32,116 bases of DNA from Armatimonadota bacterium (GTDB taxonomy: Bacteria; Sysuimicrobiota; Sysuimicrobiia; Sysuimicrobiales; Humicultoraceae). This document shows positions 9,242 through 18,473 of the stretch, piece after piece. The notes beneath the pieces were generated by a model that searched no databases, had not been told where the DNA came from, and saw nothing but the letters and a program-made list of their open reading frames with translations. The stretch covers positions 1-32,116 of the forward strand of contig JBBIOM010000022.1 of the NCBI GenBank assembly GCA_037443365.1. Direction: 5' to 3'. Positions within the stretch are counted from its first letter, which is position 1. Each line of letters opens with the position of its first letter. The translations under genes and the position numbers were made by a program.

Positions 9242-9779
9242 AGCCGGGTCGCCCGACCCGGCCGGCCTTGTCACGGTGGGACGCGTGGTCAGGCCGCACG
9301 GGCTGCGCGGTGAGGTGAGGGTGCGCCTGGAGACGGACTTCCCGGAGCGCTTCGCCCACCTCGGGGAGGCATACCTTGTGCGGGCGGGACAGGCCGAGGC
9401 GATCGAGATCACCGGCAGCCGGCCGCACAAGGACGGCCTGCTGGTGACCATCCGGGGATTCGACGACCTGGAGGCGGCCGAACGACTGCGCGGCGCGGAC
9501 ATCGCGGTGCCCCGCGACGCCGTCGTGCCGCTCGGGGAAGGCGCCTACTACGTCTTCGAGATGGTGGGCCTGCGCGTGCGGACCGAGGAGGGACGGCGGC
9601 TTGGCACCCTCTGCGAGGTGCTGCGCGGTCCGGCCAACGACGTCTACGTCGTCCGGGGCGAAGGGGGCGAGATCCTGCTGCCCGCCACGCGCGAGGTTGT
9701 GCGTCGGGTGGATCGGGCCTCGGGCGAGATGATCGTCGCCATCCTGCCCGGTATGGAGGAGCAGGAAGTTGCGCGTTGA
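9210..9779 (+). CDS. rimM: Ribosome maturation factor RimM
   Basis: [44 protein letters not shown]; start overlaps ylqD and is uncertain. Confidence 0.95.
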   Translation: MGSSSRSARTEAGSPDPAGLVTVGRVVRPHGLRGEVRVRLETDFPERFAHLGEAYLVRAGQAEAIEITGSRPHKDGLLVTIRGFDDLEAAERLRGADIAVPRDAVVPLGEGAYYVFEMVGLRVRTEEGRRLGTLCEVLRGPANDVYVVRGEGGEILLPATREVVRRVDRASGEMIVAILPGMEEQEVAR

Positions 9780-10494
9780 GGTAGTGACCATCTTCCCGGA
9801 GGCGCTCGCCCCGCTCGAGGTCTCGATACTGGGCCGCGCGCGTGCGCGGGGACTGGTCGAGATCTCGGTCGTGGACCTGCGCGACTTCACGTCCGACCGC
9901 CACCGTCAGGTGGACGACCTGGCGTACGGGGGCGGCCCTGGGATGGTCATGAAGCCCGAGCCGTTCTTCGCCGCGGTGGAGGCGCTGACGCGCCCCGGGG
10001 AGACGCGCCCGCGCGTGCTGCTGACCTCCCCGCAGGGCCGGCGCTTCGACCAGGCCACCGCGGAGGAGCTCTCGCGCGAGCGGCACCTGATCGTGCTCTG
10101 CGGCAGGTACGAGGGAGTGGACGAGAGGGTGGTGGAGGGCCTCGGCGCCGAGGAGATATCAGTAGGCGACTACGTCCTGACCGGCGGCGAGATCGCGGCC
10201 ATGGTAATAGTGGATGCCGCGGTGCGTCTGATCCCCGGCGTGGTGGGCGATGCGGGCTCGGTAGCGGCCGAGTCGTTCGCCGGAGGGCTGCTCGACTACC
10301 CGCACTACACGCGCCCGGCCTCATTTCGCGGGCTTAGCGTGCCCGAGGTGCTGCTGGGAGGGAACCACGAGGCAATCCGGCGCTGGCGCCGGAGGGAGCA
10401 ACTGCGCCGCACGCTCACCCGGCGGCCGGATCTACTTCGCTGGGAGGCCCTGAGCGAGGAGGACCGCGCGCTGCTGCGCGACGATGACGCCTAG
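9769..10494 (+). CDS. trmD: tRNA (guanine37-N1)-methyltransferase TrmD
   Basis: TTG start after [58 protein letters not shown]. Confidence 0.97.
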   Translation: MRVEVVTIFPEALAPLEVSILGRARARGLVEISVVDLRDFTSDRHRQVDDLAYGGGPGMVMKPEPFFAAVEALTRPGETRPRVLLTSPQGRRFDQATAEELSRERHLIVLCGRYEGVDERVVEGLGAEEISVGDYVLTGGEIAAMVIVDAAVRLIPGVVGDAGSVAAESFAGGLLDYPHYTRPASFRGLSVPEVLLGGNHEAIRRWRRREQLRRTLTRRPDLLRWEALSEEDRALLRDDDA

Positions 10495-10512
10495 GGCGGG
10501 CTGTGCTACAAT
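10484..10512 (+). promoter_or_regulatory. Putative internal promoter for rplS
   Basis: ATGACG (10484-10489), 17 nt spacer, extended -10 TG-C-TACAAT (10504-10512). Confidence 0.55.
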
Positions 10513-10568
10513 CACGAACTGTGACTGCGGCGCCGCACGACGCGTCGGGCAAGAGGGAGGCGGAAGTG

Positions 10569-10910
10569 ATGGACAAGCTCAAGGTGGTGGAGGCCGGTCA
10601 GGTCAAGAAGAAGGTAGCGGCCTTCGCTCCCGGCGACACCGTGCGGGTCCACATGCGCGTCACCGAGGGCGGGCGCGAGCGCGTGCAGGCGTTTGAGGGC
10701 ACGGTGATCGCGCGTCGGGGCGCGGGCGCGAACGAGTCGTTCACCGTGCGGCGCATCAGCCATGGGATCGGAGTGGAACGCATCTTCCCACTGCACTCGC
10801 CGCGCGTCGAGAAGATCGACGTGGTTCGCCGCGGGCGCGTGCGGCGTGCCAAGCTCTACTTCCTCCGGGGAAAGGTGGGCAAGGAGGCGCGCATCAAGGA
10901 ACGGCGCTAG
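10569..10910 (+). CDS. rplS: 50S ribosomal protein L19
   Basis: [52 protein letters not shown] 10569 follows SD GGGAGG. Confidence 0.97.
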   Translation: MDKLKVVEAGQVKKKVAAFAPGDTVRVHMRVTEGGRERVQAFEGTVIARRGAGANESFTVRRISHGIGVERIFPLHSPRVEKIDVVRRGRVRRAKLYFLRGKVGKEARIKERR

Positions 10911-10925
10911 CCACGATCCCGTAGC

Positions 10926-11579
10926 ATGAGCCGCGACCTGCTAGCCCTGATCGAGCGCATACCGCTCGGCGTTCCCACGCTGATTCTCGCCCTGGCGCTG
11001 GGGCTGTTCCTGCTGCGCCAGATAGTGCGCCGCATCTACCGGATCCCGCCAGCGGTGCGCCTATCGATCGTGGAGACCCTCGACGCCACGATCTTCGCGG
11101 CGCTCGTGAGCCTGGTTGTGATCGTGTTCGTGGTCCAGGCCTTCTTCATCCCCTCGGGCTCCATGGAACCGTCGCTCCGCGTGGGAGACCGCATACTGGT
11201 CGGCAAGTTCGCCTACCGGATATGGGAGGTCCGCCGCGGCGAGGTCATCGTCTTCCGGTATCCGCTCAACCCTAACAAGGACTTCGTCAAGCGTGTCGTG
11301 GGCCTGCCAGGTGAGCGCGTCGAGCTGAAGGAGGGGCTCGTGCTGATCAACGACCGGCCGCTGGGCGAGCTTTACCCGACCGCCTTGCCCGGGGGCGACC
11401 GTGCCTGCTCGAGCAACTATGGACCCGAGGTGGTGCCAGCCGGCAAGGTGTTCGTGCTGGGCGACAACCGGTGCAACAGCGAGGACAGCCGGTTCTTCGG
11501 ATTCGTTCCGGTCAAGAACGTGGTGGGGCGGGCCCTGGTCGTCTACTGGCCGCCCGAGAGGATTGGCCTCGTCCAGTGA
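10926..11579 (+). CDS. lepB: Signal peptidase I
   Basis: Two N-terminal hydrophobic helices; IPSGSMEP (catalytic Ser), FVKRVVG (catalytic Lys), GDNR.NSEDSR. Confidence 0.96.
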   Translation: MSRDLLALIERIPLGVPTLILALALGLFLLRQIVRRIYRIPPAVRLSIVETLDATIFAALVSLVVIVFVVQAFFIPSGSMEPSLRVGDRILVGKFAYRIWEVRRGEVIVFRYPLNPNKDFVKRVVGLPGERVELKEGLVLINDRPLGELYPTALPGGDRACSSNYGPEVVPAGKVFVLGDNRCNSEDSRFFGFVPVKNVVGRALVVYWPPERIGLVQ

Positions 11580-12208
11580 TGCGGCCGGCCGCGCTCTTCA
11601 CCAGGGAGCGCGAGGCCTGGAGGAAGGGAATCACGCCGGTGGCCGGCCTGGACGAGGCCGGACGCGGGCCGCTGGCAGGCCCGGTCGTCGCGGCTGCCGT
11701 GATCTTCCCGGGCGTGCTCGATATCCCCAACCTACGCGACTCCAAGCTGCTCACACCCCGGATGCGCGAGGAGGTGTACGCTGCGATCCAGGCCTCGGGC
11801 GCGCTCGTCGGCGTGGGCATGGCCGATGTTGGTGAGATCGACCGGCTCAACATCCTGGGCGCGACCAAGCTGGCGTGGGTCCGGGCCGTTGGGTCGCTCC
11901 GCCTGCCTGTGGCGCTGCTGCTCGTTGATGGCAACGTGAGGGCCCCTCTTGCGCTGCCCCAGGCCACGCTGGTCCGGGGCGACCAGACCTGCGCCTCGAT
12001 CGCCGCGGCCTCGGTGGTGGCGAAGGTGACGCGCGACCGCATGATGGTCGAACTGGACCGAAGGTACCCGGGCTACGGGTTCGCCAGGCACAAGGGCTAC
12101 GCGACCGCGGCACACCTGGCCGCGCTGCGGACGCACGGCCCCTCGCCCGAACACCGGCGCGCGTTCCTGCCAGAGGATCTGCGCCGGGCGCGGCCATTCC
12201 CCATGTAA
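11579..12208 (+). CDS. rnhB: Ribonuclease HII
   Basis: GLDEAGRGPLAGPVVAAAV, DSK, VDG, SIAAASVVAKVTRDRMM, HKGY; ATG overlaps the lepB stop. Confidence 0.96.
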   Translation: MRPAALFTREREAWRKGITPVAGLDEAGRGPLAGPVVAAAVIFPGVLDIPNLRDSKLLTPRMREEVYAAIQASGALVGVGMADVGEIDRLNILGATKLAWVRAVGSLRLPVALLLVDGNVRAPLALPQATLVRGDQTCASIAAASVVAKVTRDRMMVELDRRYPGYGFARHKGYATAAHLAALRTHGPSPEHRRAFLPEDLRRARPFPM

Positions 12209-12240
12209 GACGCGGATCGGCCGGCGATAACAGGAGCAGG

Positions 12241-12606
12241 ATGACCACGTCCAACCGTCGGGCGCTGGGAGCGACGGGCGAGGCCGCGGCCGCTGCTTGG
12301 TTGGAGACACGCGGGTACCGCGTGCTGGCGCGCAATGTTCGGTCGCGGGCCGGGGAGATCGACCTCGTAGCGCGACAGGCCGACCTGGTCGTGTTCGTCG
12401 AGGTGAAGAGCCGCACCGGAGAGGCGTTCGGGCATCCCTCCGAGGCGATCGTCGGCCGCAAGCAGCGGCGCATCGCACGGCTGGCCGACGCCTTCCTGCA
12501 GGCTCATCGTTTGCACCGGTGCGCGGTGCGGTTTGACGCGATGGCGGTCCGGCTGGGCAGGGACGGCGAGGTGCTTGAGATCGAGCACATCCCTGACGCG
12601 TTCTGA
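12241..12606 (+). CDS. yraN: YraN (UPF0102) family putative endonuclease
   Basis: GATGEAAAAAWL..GYRVLARN..GEIDLVA..VFVEVKSR..RFD..HIPDAF. Confidence 0.93.
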   Translation: MTTSNRRALGATGEAAAAAWLETRGYRVLARNVRSRAGEIDLVARQADLVVFVEVKSRTGEAFGHPSEAIVGRKQRRIARLADAFLQAHRLHRCAVRFDAMAVRLGRDGEVLEIEHIPDAF

Positions 12607-12636
12607 CAACGCCAGGACTGCTCCCGCCGACCCGAA

Positions 12637-14085
12637 TCAGGACCCGAAGGCAGCGGGCCGGGAATCGCGGGGAGCCGAGAGGATGTGCCCGAGGAGCCGC
12701 CCCGCGGCCTCGGCGCCCTGCCGCACGCAGTCCGGGATGCCGATCCCCCGATAGCCGGCCCCGGCCAGGGCGAGCCCCGGGACCTCCCGGAGAGCGGCGT
12801 CAATGGCCGTCAGCCGCTCCGGGTGTCCTGCCGGGTACTGCGGCATGGCCCCAAACCACCGGGCCACGCGCGCGAACAGCGGCGATGCTTCGATCCCCAT
12901 GGTCGTCCGGAGGTCGGCCCGGACTGCGGCGATCAGCCGGTCGTCGTCTTCTCCGACGATCTCCTCACGGCCCGCCCTGCCGAGGTAGCAGCGGATCAGC
13001 GCGATCTCCGGGGGCGCCCTGTGCGGCCACTTGGACGATGCCCAGGTGCACGCGGTGATCGCGAGCGTGCTCCCGCGCGCGACCACGAACCCGTGCCCGT
13101 CAAGGGGATGGGCGAGATCGGCGCGGCGGAAGGCGAGCGTGACAGCCGCGGTCGAGACGTACGGGATCAGCCGCAGGGTGGCGGAGACCGCGGGGGCGAT
13201 CGGCTCCAGCAGGCCTGCGCTGATGTAGGCCGGGGTGGCGAGCAGGAGGGCGTCGGCGTCCAGCGCCGATCCTTGGTCCAGCGCTACCAGGAACCCTGCA
13301 CCCGGCCCGCCGCGGGGTGTTATGCGCCGCACCGTGCGGCCCGTCAGCATCACGGTGCCTTCGAGCGCCGTCTCTAGTGCCGCGACCATCTCGCCGAGCC
13401 CACCGATCAGGCTGAGGAACATGGGAGCGGGGCCGCGCTGGTGGACCTCGCGCGCCCGGCGCCTGCCAAGGGCCGCCAGGATGAGGCTGCGGTGTCCGGC
13501 TTCCCATTCCGCGAGGAGCGGGAACGTGGCCCGCACGCTCAGGGCGTCGGGGTCGCCCGCGTAGATGCCTCCGAGCAGCGGGCCGGCCAGGCGGTCTACC
13601 ACAGCATCGCCCAGCCTCCGCCGGAGCATCCCACCGATGGTCTCATCGCCCGGGCTCCGTCTGCGAGGCAGGACGAGGTCGGCGGCGGCCCGCAGTTTCT
13701 CCACCGGCGACAGCAGGCGGGTGCGCACCATCGGTCCGATCCGGGTGGGGATGCCGAACGCCATGCCTTCAGGCAGTGGATGGAGACGTCCCCTGTGCCA
13801 GACGTAGACCGCCCGGCCAGGCTGCGTGGGAACGATCCGTTCGCCGAGCCCGACCCGCCGGCACAGATCTGCCGCCCACGGCTTGGTGGAGAGGAACGAG
13901 TCCGGGCCGTTCTCGACGAGACAGCCATTGATCCGCTCGGTGAGGAGTTTGCCACCCAGCCGCGCGTCGGACTCGACGAGGGTACAGCGCACGCCCGCGG
14001 CCCGGGCGCGCGAATCGGTCACCAGGGCATGGGCGGCGGCCAGGCCCGTGATGCCGCCCCCGACGATGACAAGGTGCGGGCTCAC
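12637..14085 (-). CDS. hemY: HemY-type (copro/proto)porphyrinogen oxidase (CgoX-like)
   Basis: FAD motif IVGGGITG, RLGG, ENGPDSFL, PLLGGIYAGD, SSKWPHRAP, MPQY, GIGIPDCV; GTG 14085 overlaps the hemH stop (GTGA). Confidence 0.94.
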   Translation of the reverse strand: MSPHLVIVGGGITGLAAAHALVTDSRARAAGVRCTLVESDARLGGKLLTERINGCLVENGPDSFLSTKPWAADLCRRVGLGERIVPTQPGRAVYVWHRGRLHPLPEGMAFGIPTRIGPMVRTRLLSPVEKLRAAADLVLPRRRSPGDETIGGMLRRRLGDAVVDRLAGPLLGGIYAGDPDALSVRATFPLLAEWEAGHRSLILAALGRRRAREVHQRGPAPMFLSLIGGLGEMVAALETALEGTVMLTGRTVRRITPRGGPGAGFLVALDQGSALDADALLLATPAYISAGLLEPIAPAVSATLRLIPYVSTAAVTLAFRRADLAHPLDGHGFVVARGSTLAITACTWASSKWPHRAPPEIALIRCYLGRAGREEIVGEDDDRLIAAVRADLRTTMGIEASPLFARVARWFGAMPQYPAGHPERLTAIDAALREVPGLALAGAGYRGIGIPDCVRQGAEAAGRLLGHILSAPRDSRPAAFGS

Positions 14086-15008
14086 GTCCGGCGCCCCACG
14101 AGATCGGCCAGGGCGTCCAGCAGGCGCGGGTGGTCGTTGAGCGACGCGGCGCGCACGAACCGCATCCCCAGGCACGCGCACAGATCTCTGAGCTCGATGT
14201 CGAGGTCGTATAGCACTTCCAGGTGGTCGGCCACGAAGCCGATGGGGCAGGAGACCACGCCGCGCCCCCCGGCCGCGTGAAGGCGCCGCACCTCATCGCG
14301 CACGTCCGGGCCGAGCCACGGCTCGGATGTGCGGCCGGCGCTCTGGTAGGCGAGCGTCCAGCGCTGGACACCCACCCGCTTGGCGACCTCCGCCGCGGTC
14401 CGGCGCAGTTCGTCCGGGTAGGGGTCGCCCCAGGTGAGAACACGCTCCGGCAGGCTGTGGGCCGAGAAGACGACAGGCGTCTCTGCGCGGATCGCGCTCG
14501 GCAACTCCGCCAGCGCGGCCGCGAGTCGTTCGGCGACCGCGTCGAGGAACGCCGGGTGCTCGCCCCAGCGCTCCACGTACGCCATCGGGAACGGCCGCGG
14601 CAGCGCCCGCCGCGCCTCCTCCGCGTGCTCGAAGTAGGTGCCTGTGCTCATCCGCGAGTAGTGGGGCGCCATCACGAGGCCGACGCCCTCGGCGATGCCG
14701 TCGTCGGCCATCCGGCGGACGACGTCACCGATGAACGGCGCCGCGTGCTTCATGCTCACGTAGACGCGCCACCGACCCGGCGCGATGGCCTCGAGCCGCG
14801 TCTGGAGCCCGTCGGCCTGGCGGCGGGTCAGCTCGTCAAGCGGCGACCAGCCAATCGCCTCGTACCGGGCAGCAACCTCCGTCAAGAGGTCCGCGGACGG
14901 CGAGCGGCCGCGCCGGATTCGCGTGTAGTAGGCCTCCAGATCCTCGGGGCCGGTCGGGCTGCCGTGAGCCATCAGCAGGACCCCGATCGAGGGGAGGGCT
15001 CTGCTCAT
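14082..15008 (-). CDS. hemH: Ferrochelatase, Firmicute/coproporphyrin (CpfC)-type
   Basis: LLMAHGSP..YYTRIRRGR..RYEAIG, APHYS, FSAHSLP (catalytic His), YQSAGRTSEPWLGPDV, GFVADHLEVLYDLD (catalytic Glu). Confidence 0.95.
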   Translation of the reverse strand: MSRALPSIGVLLMAHGSPTGPEDLEAYYTRIRRGRSPSADLLTEVAARYEAIGWSPLDELTRRQADGLQTRLEAIAPGRWRVYVSMKHAAPFIGDVVRRMADDGIAEGVGLVMAPHYSRMSTGTYFEHAEEARRALPRPFPMAYVERWGEHPAFLDAVAERLAAALAELPSAIRAETPVVFSAHSLPERVLTWGDPYPDELRRTAAEVAKRVGVQRWTLAYQSAGRTSEPWLGPDVRDEVRRLHAAGGRGVVSCPIGFVADHLEVLYDLDIELRDLCACLGMRFVRAASLNDHPRLLDALADLVGRRT

Positions 15009-16039
15009 GCGCGCCTGCCCTTGGCAGGGGTGTGCTCGTGGACCAGCTCCACGAGGCGCCGCAGGTGGTCCGGGGGCGTCTGCGGCAGCACGCCGTGTCC
15101 CAGGTTGAAGATGTGCCCAGGCCGCCCGCCAGCCTGATCCAGGACATCGCGCGCGGCCTCTGCGGCGACCTCAAACGGTGCGAGAAGCGCGCGGGGATCG
15201 AGGTTCCCCTGGATCCCGGCGCTGCCGATTCGCGCCCAGGCGTCGGAAAGACCGATCCGCCAGTCCACGCCGATGACGTCCCCACCGGATTGCGCCATGA
15301 GGGGAAGCAGCCCGGCGGTGCCGGTGCCGAAGTGAATCACCGGCACCCCGCAGGGGATCAGTTCGCCGAAGAGCCTCCTCATGTGCGGCGAGACCGCGCG
15401 CTCGTAGTCGCGCGGCGCCAGTTCGCCCACCCATGAATCGAATACCTGCAGGGCCTGCGCGCCAGCATCCACCTGGGCCCTCAGGTACGCGATCGTCGCA
15501 TCGGTCAGGCGGCCCATGAGCCGGTCCCAGAGCGCGGGCGCGCCCAACATCATCGCCTTGGTCTGGGGCAGGTCGCGGGAGCCCCGCCCCTCGATCATGT
15601 AGCTGGCCAGCGTGAAAGGCGCGCCCGCGAAGCCGATCAACGGCACGCGGGCCTGCTCCCGCACGAGGCGGATTGCCTCGAGGACGAATCGCAGGTCGCG
15701 CTGTGGGTCCAGGGGGCGCAGCGCGTCTACCTGGGCCTCGGTGCGTATCGGCGCCCCGATCACCGGTCCCGTGCCCTCCACGATCTCGAACGGGACGCCC
15801 ATGCCAACAAGCGGCAGCATTATGTCGGCGAACAGGATGGCCGCATCCACGCCGAGCTGATCCACCGGCAGCAGCGTGACCTGGGCGCAGAGCTCCGGCG
15901 TGCGGACGAGGTCCAGCATCGAGTAGCGAGCCCGCAGCGCGCGGTACTCGCTCTGGTAGCGGCCGGCCTGGCGCATGAACCACACCGGCGTGCGGTCCGT
16001 GGGCTCGCCGCGGCAGGCGCGCAGGAACCGATCGTTCAT
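15005..16039 (-). CDS. hemE: Uroporphyrinogen decarboxylase
   Basis: PVWFMRQAGRY, DAAILFADI, GFAGAPFTLASY, QVFDSW, QGNLDP, HIFNLGHG; ATG 16039 overlaps the upstream stop (ATGA). Confidence 0.97.
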   Translation of the reverse strand: MNDRFLRACRGEPTDRTPVWFMRQAGRYQSEYRALRARYSMLDLVRTPELCAQVTLLPVDQLGVDAAILFADIMLPLVGMGVPFEIVEGTGPVIGAPIRTEAQVDALRPLDPQRDLRFVLEAIRLVREQARVPLIGFAGAPFTLASYMIEGRGSRDLPQTKAMMLGAPALWDRLMGRLTDATIAYLRAQVDAGAQALQVFDSWVGELAPRDYERAVSPHMRRLFGELIPCGVPVIHFGTGTAGLLPLMAQSGGDVIGVDWRIGLSDAWARIGSAGIQGNLDPRALLAPFEVAAEAARDVLDQAGGRPGHIFNLGHGVLPQTPPDHLRRLVELVHEHTPAKGRRA

Positions 16040-17157
16040 GCGGGCTCGTAGGGGCACAGGGGATCCTCGGCCAGGACGTCACCGGTGTGCGCGAACGCCC
16101 GGGCCCTCGATCCTCCGCAGATCACCCTGTACTCGCAGCGCCCGCATCTGCCATGCAGCCGCGACGTGTCGCGCAGCGCGGTGAAGAGTGGGTTTGAGCG
16201 GTAGATCTCAGGCAGGGAGCCGCTCCGCACGTTGCCCGCGGACAGCGGGAGGAACCCCGACGGTGCCACCTCGCCGGTCCTTGAGATGAACATGATGCCG
16301 TTGCCGTCACGGATGCCGAACCCCCGTCCGACGCTGCTGCGTTGCACCTGGGCGCCATCCATCCCCGCGGCCTGCATCCGCGCCAGCGCCACGCGCCGGT
16401 AGTGCGGGGCCTCGGTCGTCTTGATCGCGAAGGGCGCCCGCTCGCTCTGGTCGTAGATCCAGTCCATCAGGCATTCCGCGTCATGGGGCGCCATCTCGCG
16501 AAGGGAGGTCCCGCGCCCCACCGAGATCAGGAAGAACAGGCTCCATCTCTCCACGGGCAGCGACGCCAGCAGATCGTAGATAGCCGGCAGGTCGGGTGCG
16601 GTCTCCGAAGTCACGAGCGTGTTGATCTGGAGCGGGATTCCTGCCGCGGTGACCCAATCCACGGCCCGCATCGTCAGATCGAAGCAACCCGGCACGCCGC
16701 GGAACGCGTCGTGACGATCGGGGTTCGAGCCGTCGAGGCTCAGCGACATGCTCTGGATGCCGGCCTCGCGCAGGCGCTCGACGGCTTCCGCGGTCAGCAG
16801 GCTCGTGCCGCTGGGCGCCAGCGAGACCCCGATTCCCAGGCGCCCGGCTTCCTCTATCAGGTCGTGCAGGTCGGCCCTCTTGAGCGGATCGCCGCCGGTG
16901 AGCACCAAGTGCGGCAGCGGGCGGCCGAACTTCGGCACCTGCCGCAGCAGCGCGCAGGCCTCGCCGGTCGTCAGCTCGTCCGGGTCGCGATTCACCATCG
17001 CCTCCGCGCGGCAGTGGCGGCAGGCCAGATCGCAGGCCCGGGTGAGCTCCCAGTAGATGAGCATGGGTGCCCTGGCGTACTCGTGTCCAGCCTGCGCCGC
17101 ACGCACCGCCTCGTATGACGGCTCGGCCGCGCCAGGCCGGATGCGCGAGGGATGCAT
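16036..17157 (-). CDS. Radical SAM protein with partial SPASM domain, AhbD/NirJ-like (resembles the TIGR04053 family)
   Basis: WELTRACDLACRHCRA (CxxxCxxC), LTGGDPL, SLSLDG, C-terminal CGRCEYRVICGGSRARA..EDPLC; start ATG 17157 or GTG 17160, coupled to the hemL stop. Confidence 0.88.
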   Translation of the reverse strand: MHPSRIRPGAAEPSYEAVRAAQAGHEYARAPMLIYWELTRACDLACRHCRAEAMVNRDPDELTTGEACALLRQVPKFGRPLPHLVLTGGDPLKRADLHDLIEEAGRLGIGVSLAPSGTSLLTAEAVERLREAGIQSMSLSLDGSNPDRHDAFRGVPGCFDLTMRAVDWVTAAGIPLQINTLVTSETAPDLPAIYDLLASLPVERWSLFFLISVGRGTSLREMAPHDAECLMDWIYDQSERAPFAIKTTEAPHYRRVALARMQAAGMDGAQVQRSSVGRGFGIRDGNGIMFISRTGEVAPSGFLPLSAGNVRSGSLPEIYRSNPLFTALRDTSRLHGRCGRCEYRVICGGSRARAFAHTGDVLAEDPLCPYEPA

Positions 17158-18473
17158 CACCGGGCCGCCTCCGCGAACGCGCCCCGCGCCGCCGCGAGCG
17201 TGCGCGCGACGTCCTCCTCGGTGTGCGAGGCCGAGACGAACCATGCCTCGAACTGCGAGGGCGGGACGAGCACTCCCTTGGAGAGCATCGCCCTGAAGAA
17301 CCGCGCGAAACGGGACGTATCGGCCGTCCTGGCCGTAGCGTAGTCGCGCGGCGGCTCCTTCGTGAAGAACACCGTCAGCATCGAGGCCACGTGGGCAACC
17401 GACGCCACGCACCCTGCCTCGGCCGCGGCCTGGGCGAGCCCCAGCGCAAGGCGCGAAGTGAGCGCGTCGAGGCGCGCGTAGAACGCCGCGTCAGCCAGGC
17501 GCCGAAGCGTCACGACCCCGGCCGTCATGGCCAGCGGATTCCCGGAGAGGGTCCCTGCCTGGTAGACCGGGCCCAGCGGCGCCACGGTCTCGATCACATC
17601 ACGCCGCCCGCCGTAGGCACCCACAGGCAGCCCTCCGCCGATGATCTTGCCCAGACAGACGAGGTCGGGCCTGATGCCGAAGCGCGCCTGCGCGCCCCCC
17701 TGTCCAAGCCGAAATCCGGTGATGACCTCGTCGAAGATCAACAGCGCGCCCTCGCGAGAAGTGATCTCGCGCAGCCCCTGCAGGAACCCGCCTGCCGGCA
17801 TCACCACGCCCATGTTGGCCGCCACGGGCTCGACGATCACCGCCGCGATTGCCCCGGGGTTGGCCGCGAACAGCGCCGTTGTGGCGTCCAGGTCGTTGTA
17901 CTCCGCCACCAGCGTGTCGGCCACCGCGGGGGCCGGGACGCCGGCGCTGCTGGGCAGCCCGAAGGTGGCCACGCCGGAGCCTGCCTGGGCCAGCAGCGGA
18001 TCGGCGTGGCCGTGGTAGCAGCCGGCGAACTTGATGATCTTGTCACGCCCCACAAACCCCCGCGCCGCGCGGATCGCGCTCATCGAGGCCTCGGTCCCGG
18101 AACTGACGAAGCGCATGCGCTCCATCGCCGGGACCGCCCCTCGGATGAGGCGGGCCAGTTCGACCTCCTCGGACGTGGGCATCCCGTAGCTGGTTCCTGC
18201 CGCGGCCCGCTGTCCGATGGCTGCCACCACCTGCGGGTCGGCATGCCCCAGCACAAGCGCCCCCCACGAGCCCACGTAGTCGAGGTACTTGCGGCCGTCG
18301 AGGTCGGTCAGATACGCGCCGCGCGCGGAACGCACGACGATAGGGCTGCCGCCGACCGCGCGAAACGCCCGCACCGGGCTGTTCACCCCTCCGGGGAACA
18401 GACCCTCGGCCTCCTCGAAGACGGCCGCGCCCAGCGGCCCCGCGGATGCAAGGTTGTCCATGCGCTGCCTCAC
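17157..18473 (-). CDS. hemL: Glutamate-1-semialdehyde 2,1-aminomutase (alternative start ATG 18461)
   Basis: PGGVNSPVRAF, DYVGSWG, SGTEA, GCYHGH, FDEVITGFR, GKIIGGG (PLP Lys), YQAGTLSGNP, PSQFE. Confidence 0.97.
   Translation of the reverse strand: MRQRMDNLASAGPLGAAVFEEAEGLFPGGVNSPVRAFRAVGGSPIVVRSARGAYLTDLDGRKYLDYVGSWGALVLGHADPQVVAAIGQRAAAGTSYGMPTSEEVELARLIRGAVPAMERMRFVSSGTEASMSAIRAARGFVGRDKIIKFAGCYHGHADPLLAQAGSGVATFGLPSSAGVPAPAVADTLVAEYNDLDATTALFAANPGAIAAVIVEPVAANMGVVMPAGGFLQGLREITSREGALLIFDEVITGFRLGQGGAQARFGIRPDLVCLGKIIGGGLPVGAYGGRRDVIETVAPLGPVYQAGTLSGNPLAMTAGVVTLRRLADAAFYARLDALTSRLALGLAQAAAEAGCVASVAHVASMLTVFFTKEPPRDYATARTADTSRFARFFRAMLSKGVLVPPSQFEAWFVSASHTEEDVARTLAAARGAFAEAAR

Noticed and set aside
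10513-10565. Possible L19 leader RNA before rplS
   Set aside because: Position fits, but only short GC palindromes are visible; it needs an Infernal/Rfam search.
12604-12616. TGACAACGCCAGG after yraN resembles TGAAACGCCCAGG at ~26300-26312 as a possible target-site duplication
   Set aside because: Short, imperfect and partly made of stop codons; likely chance.
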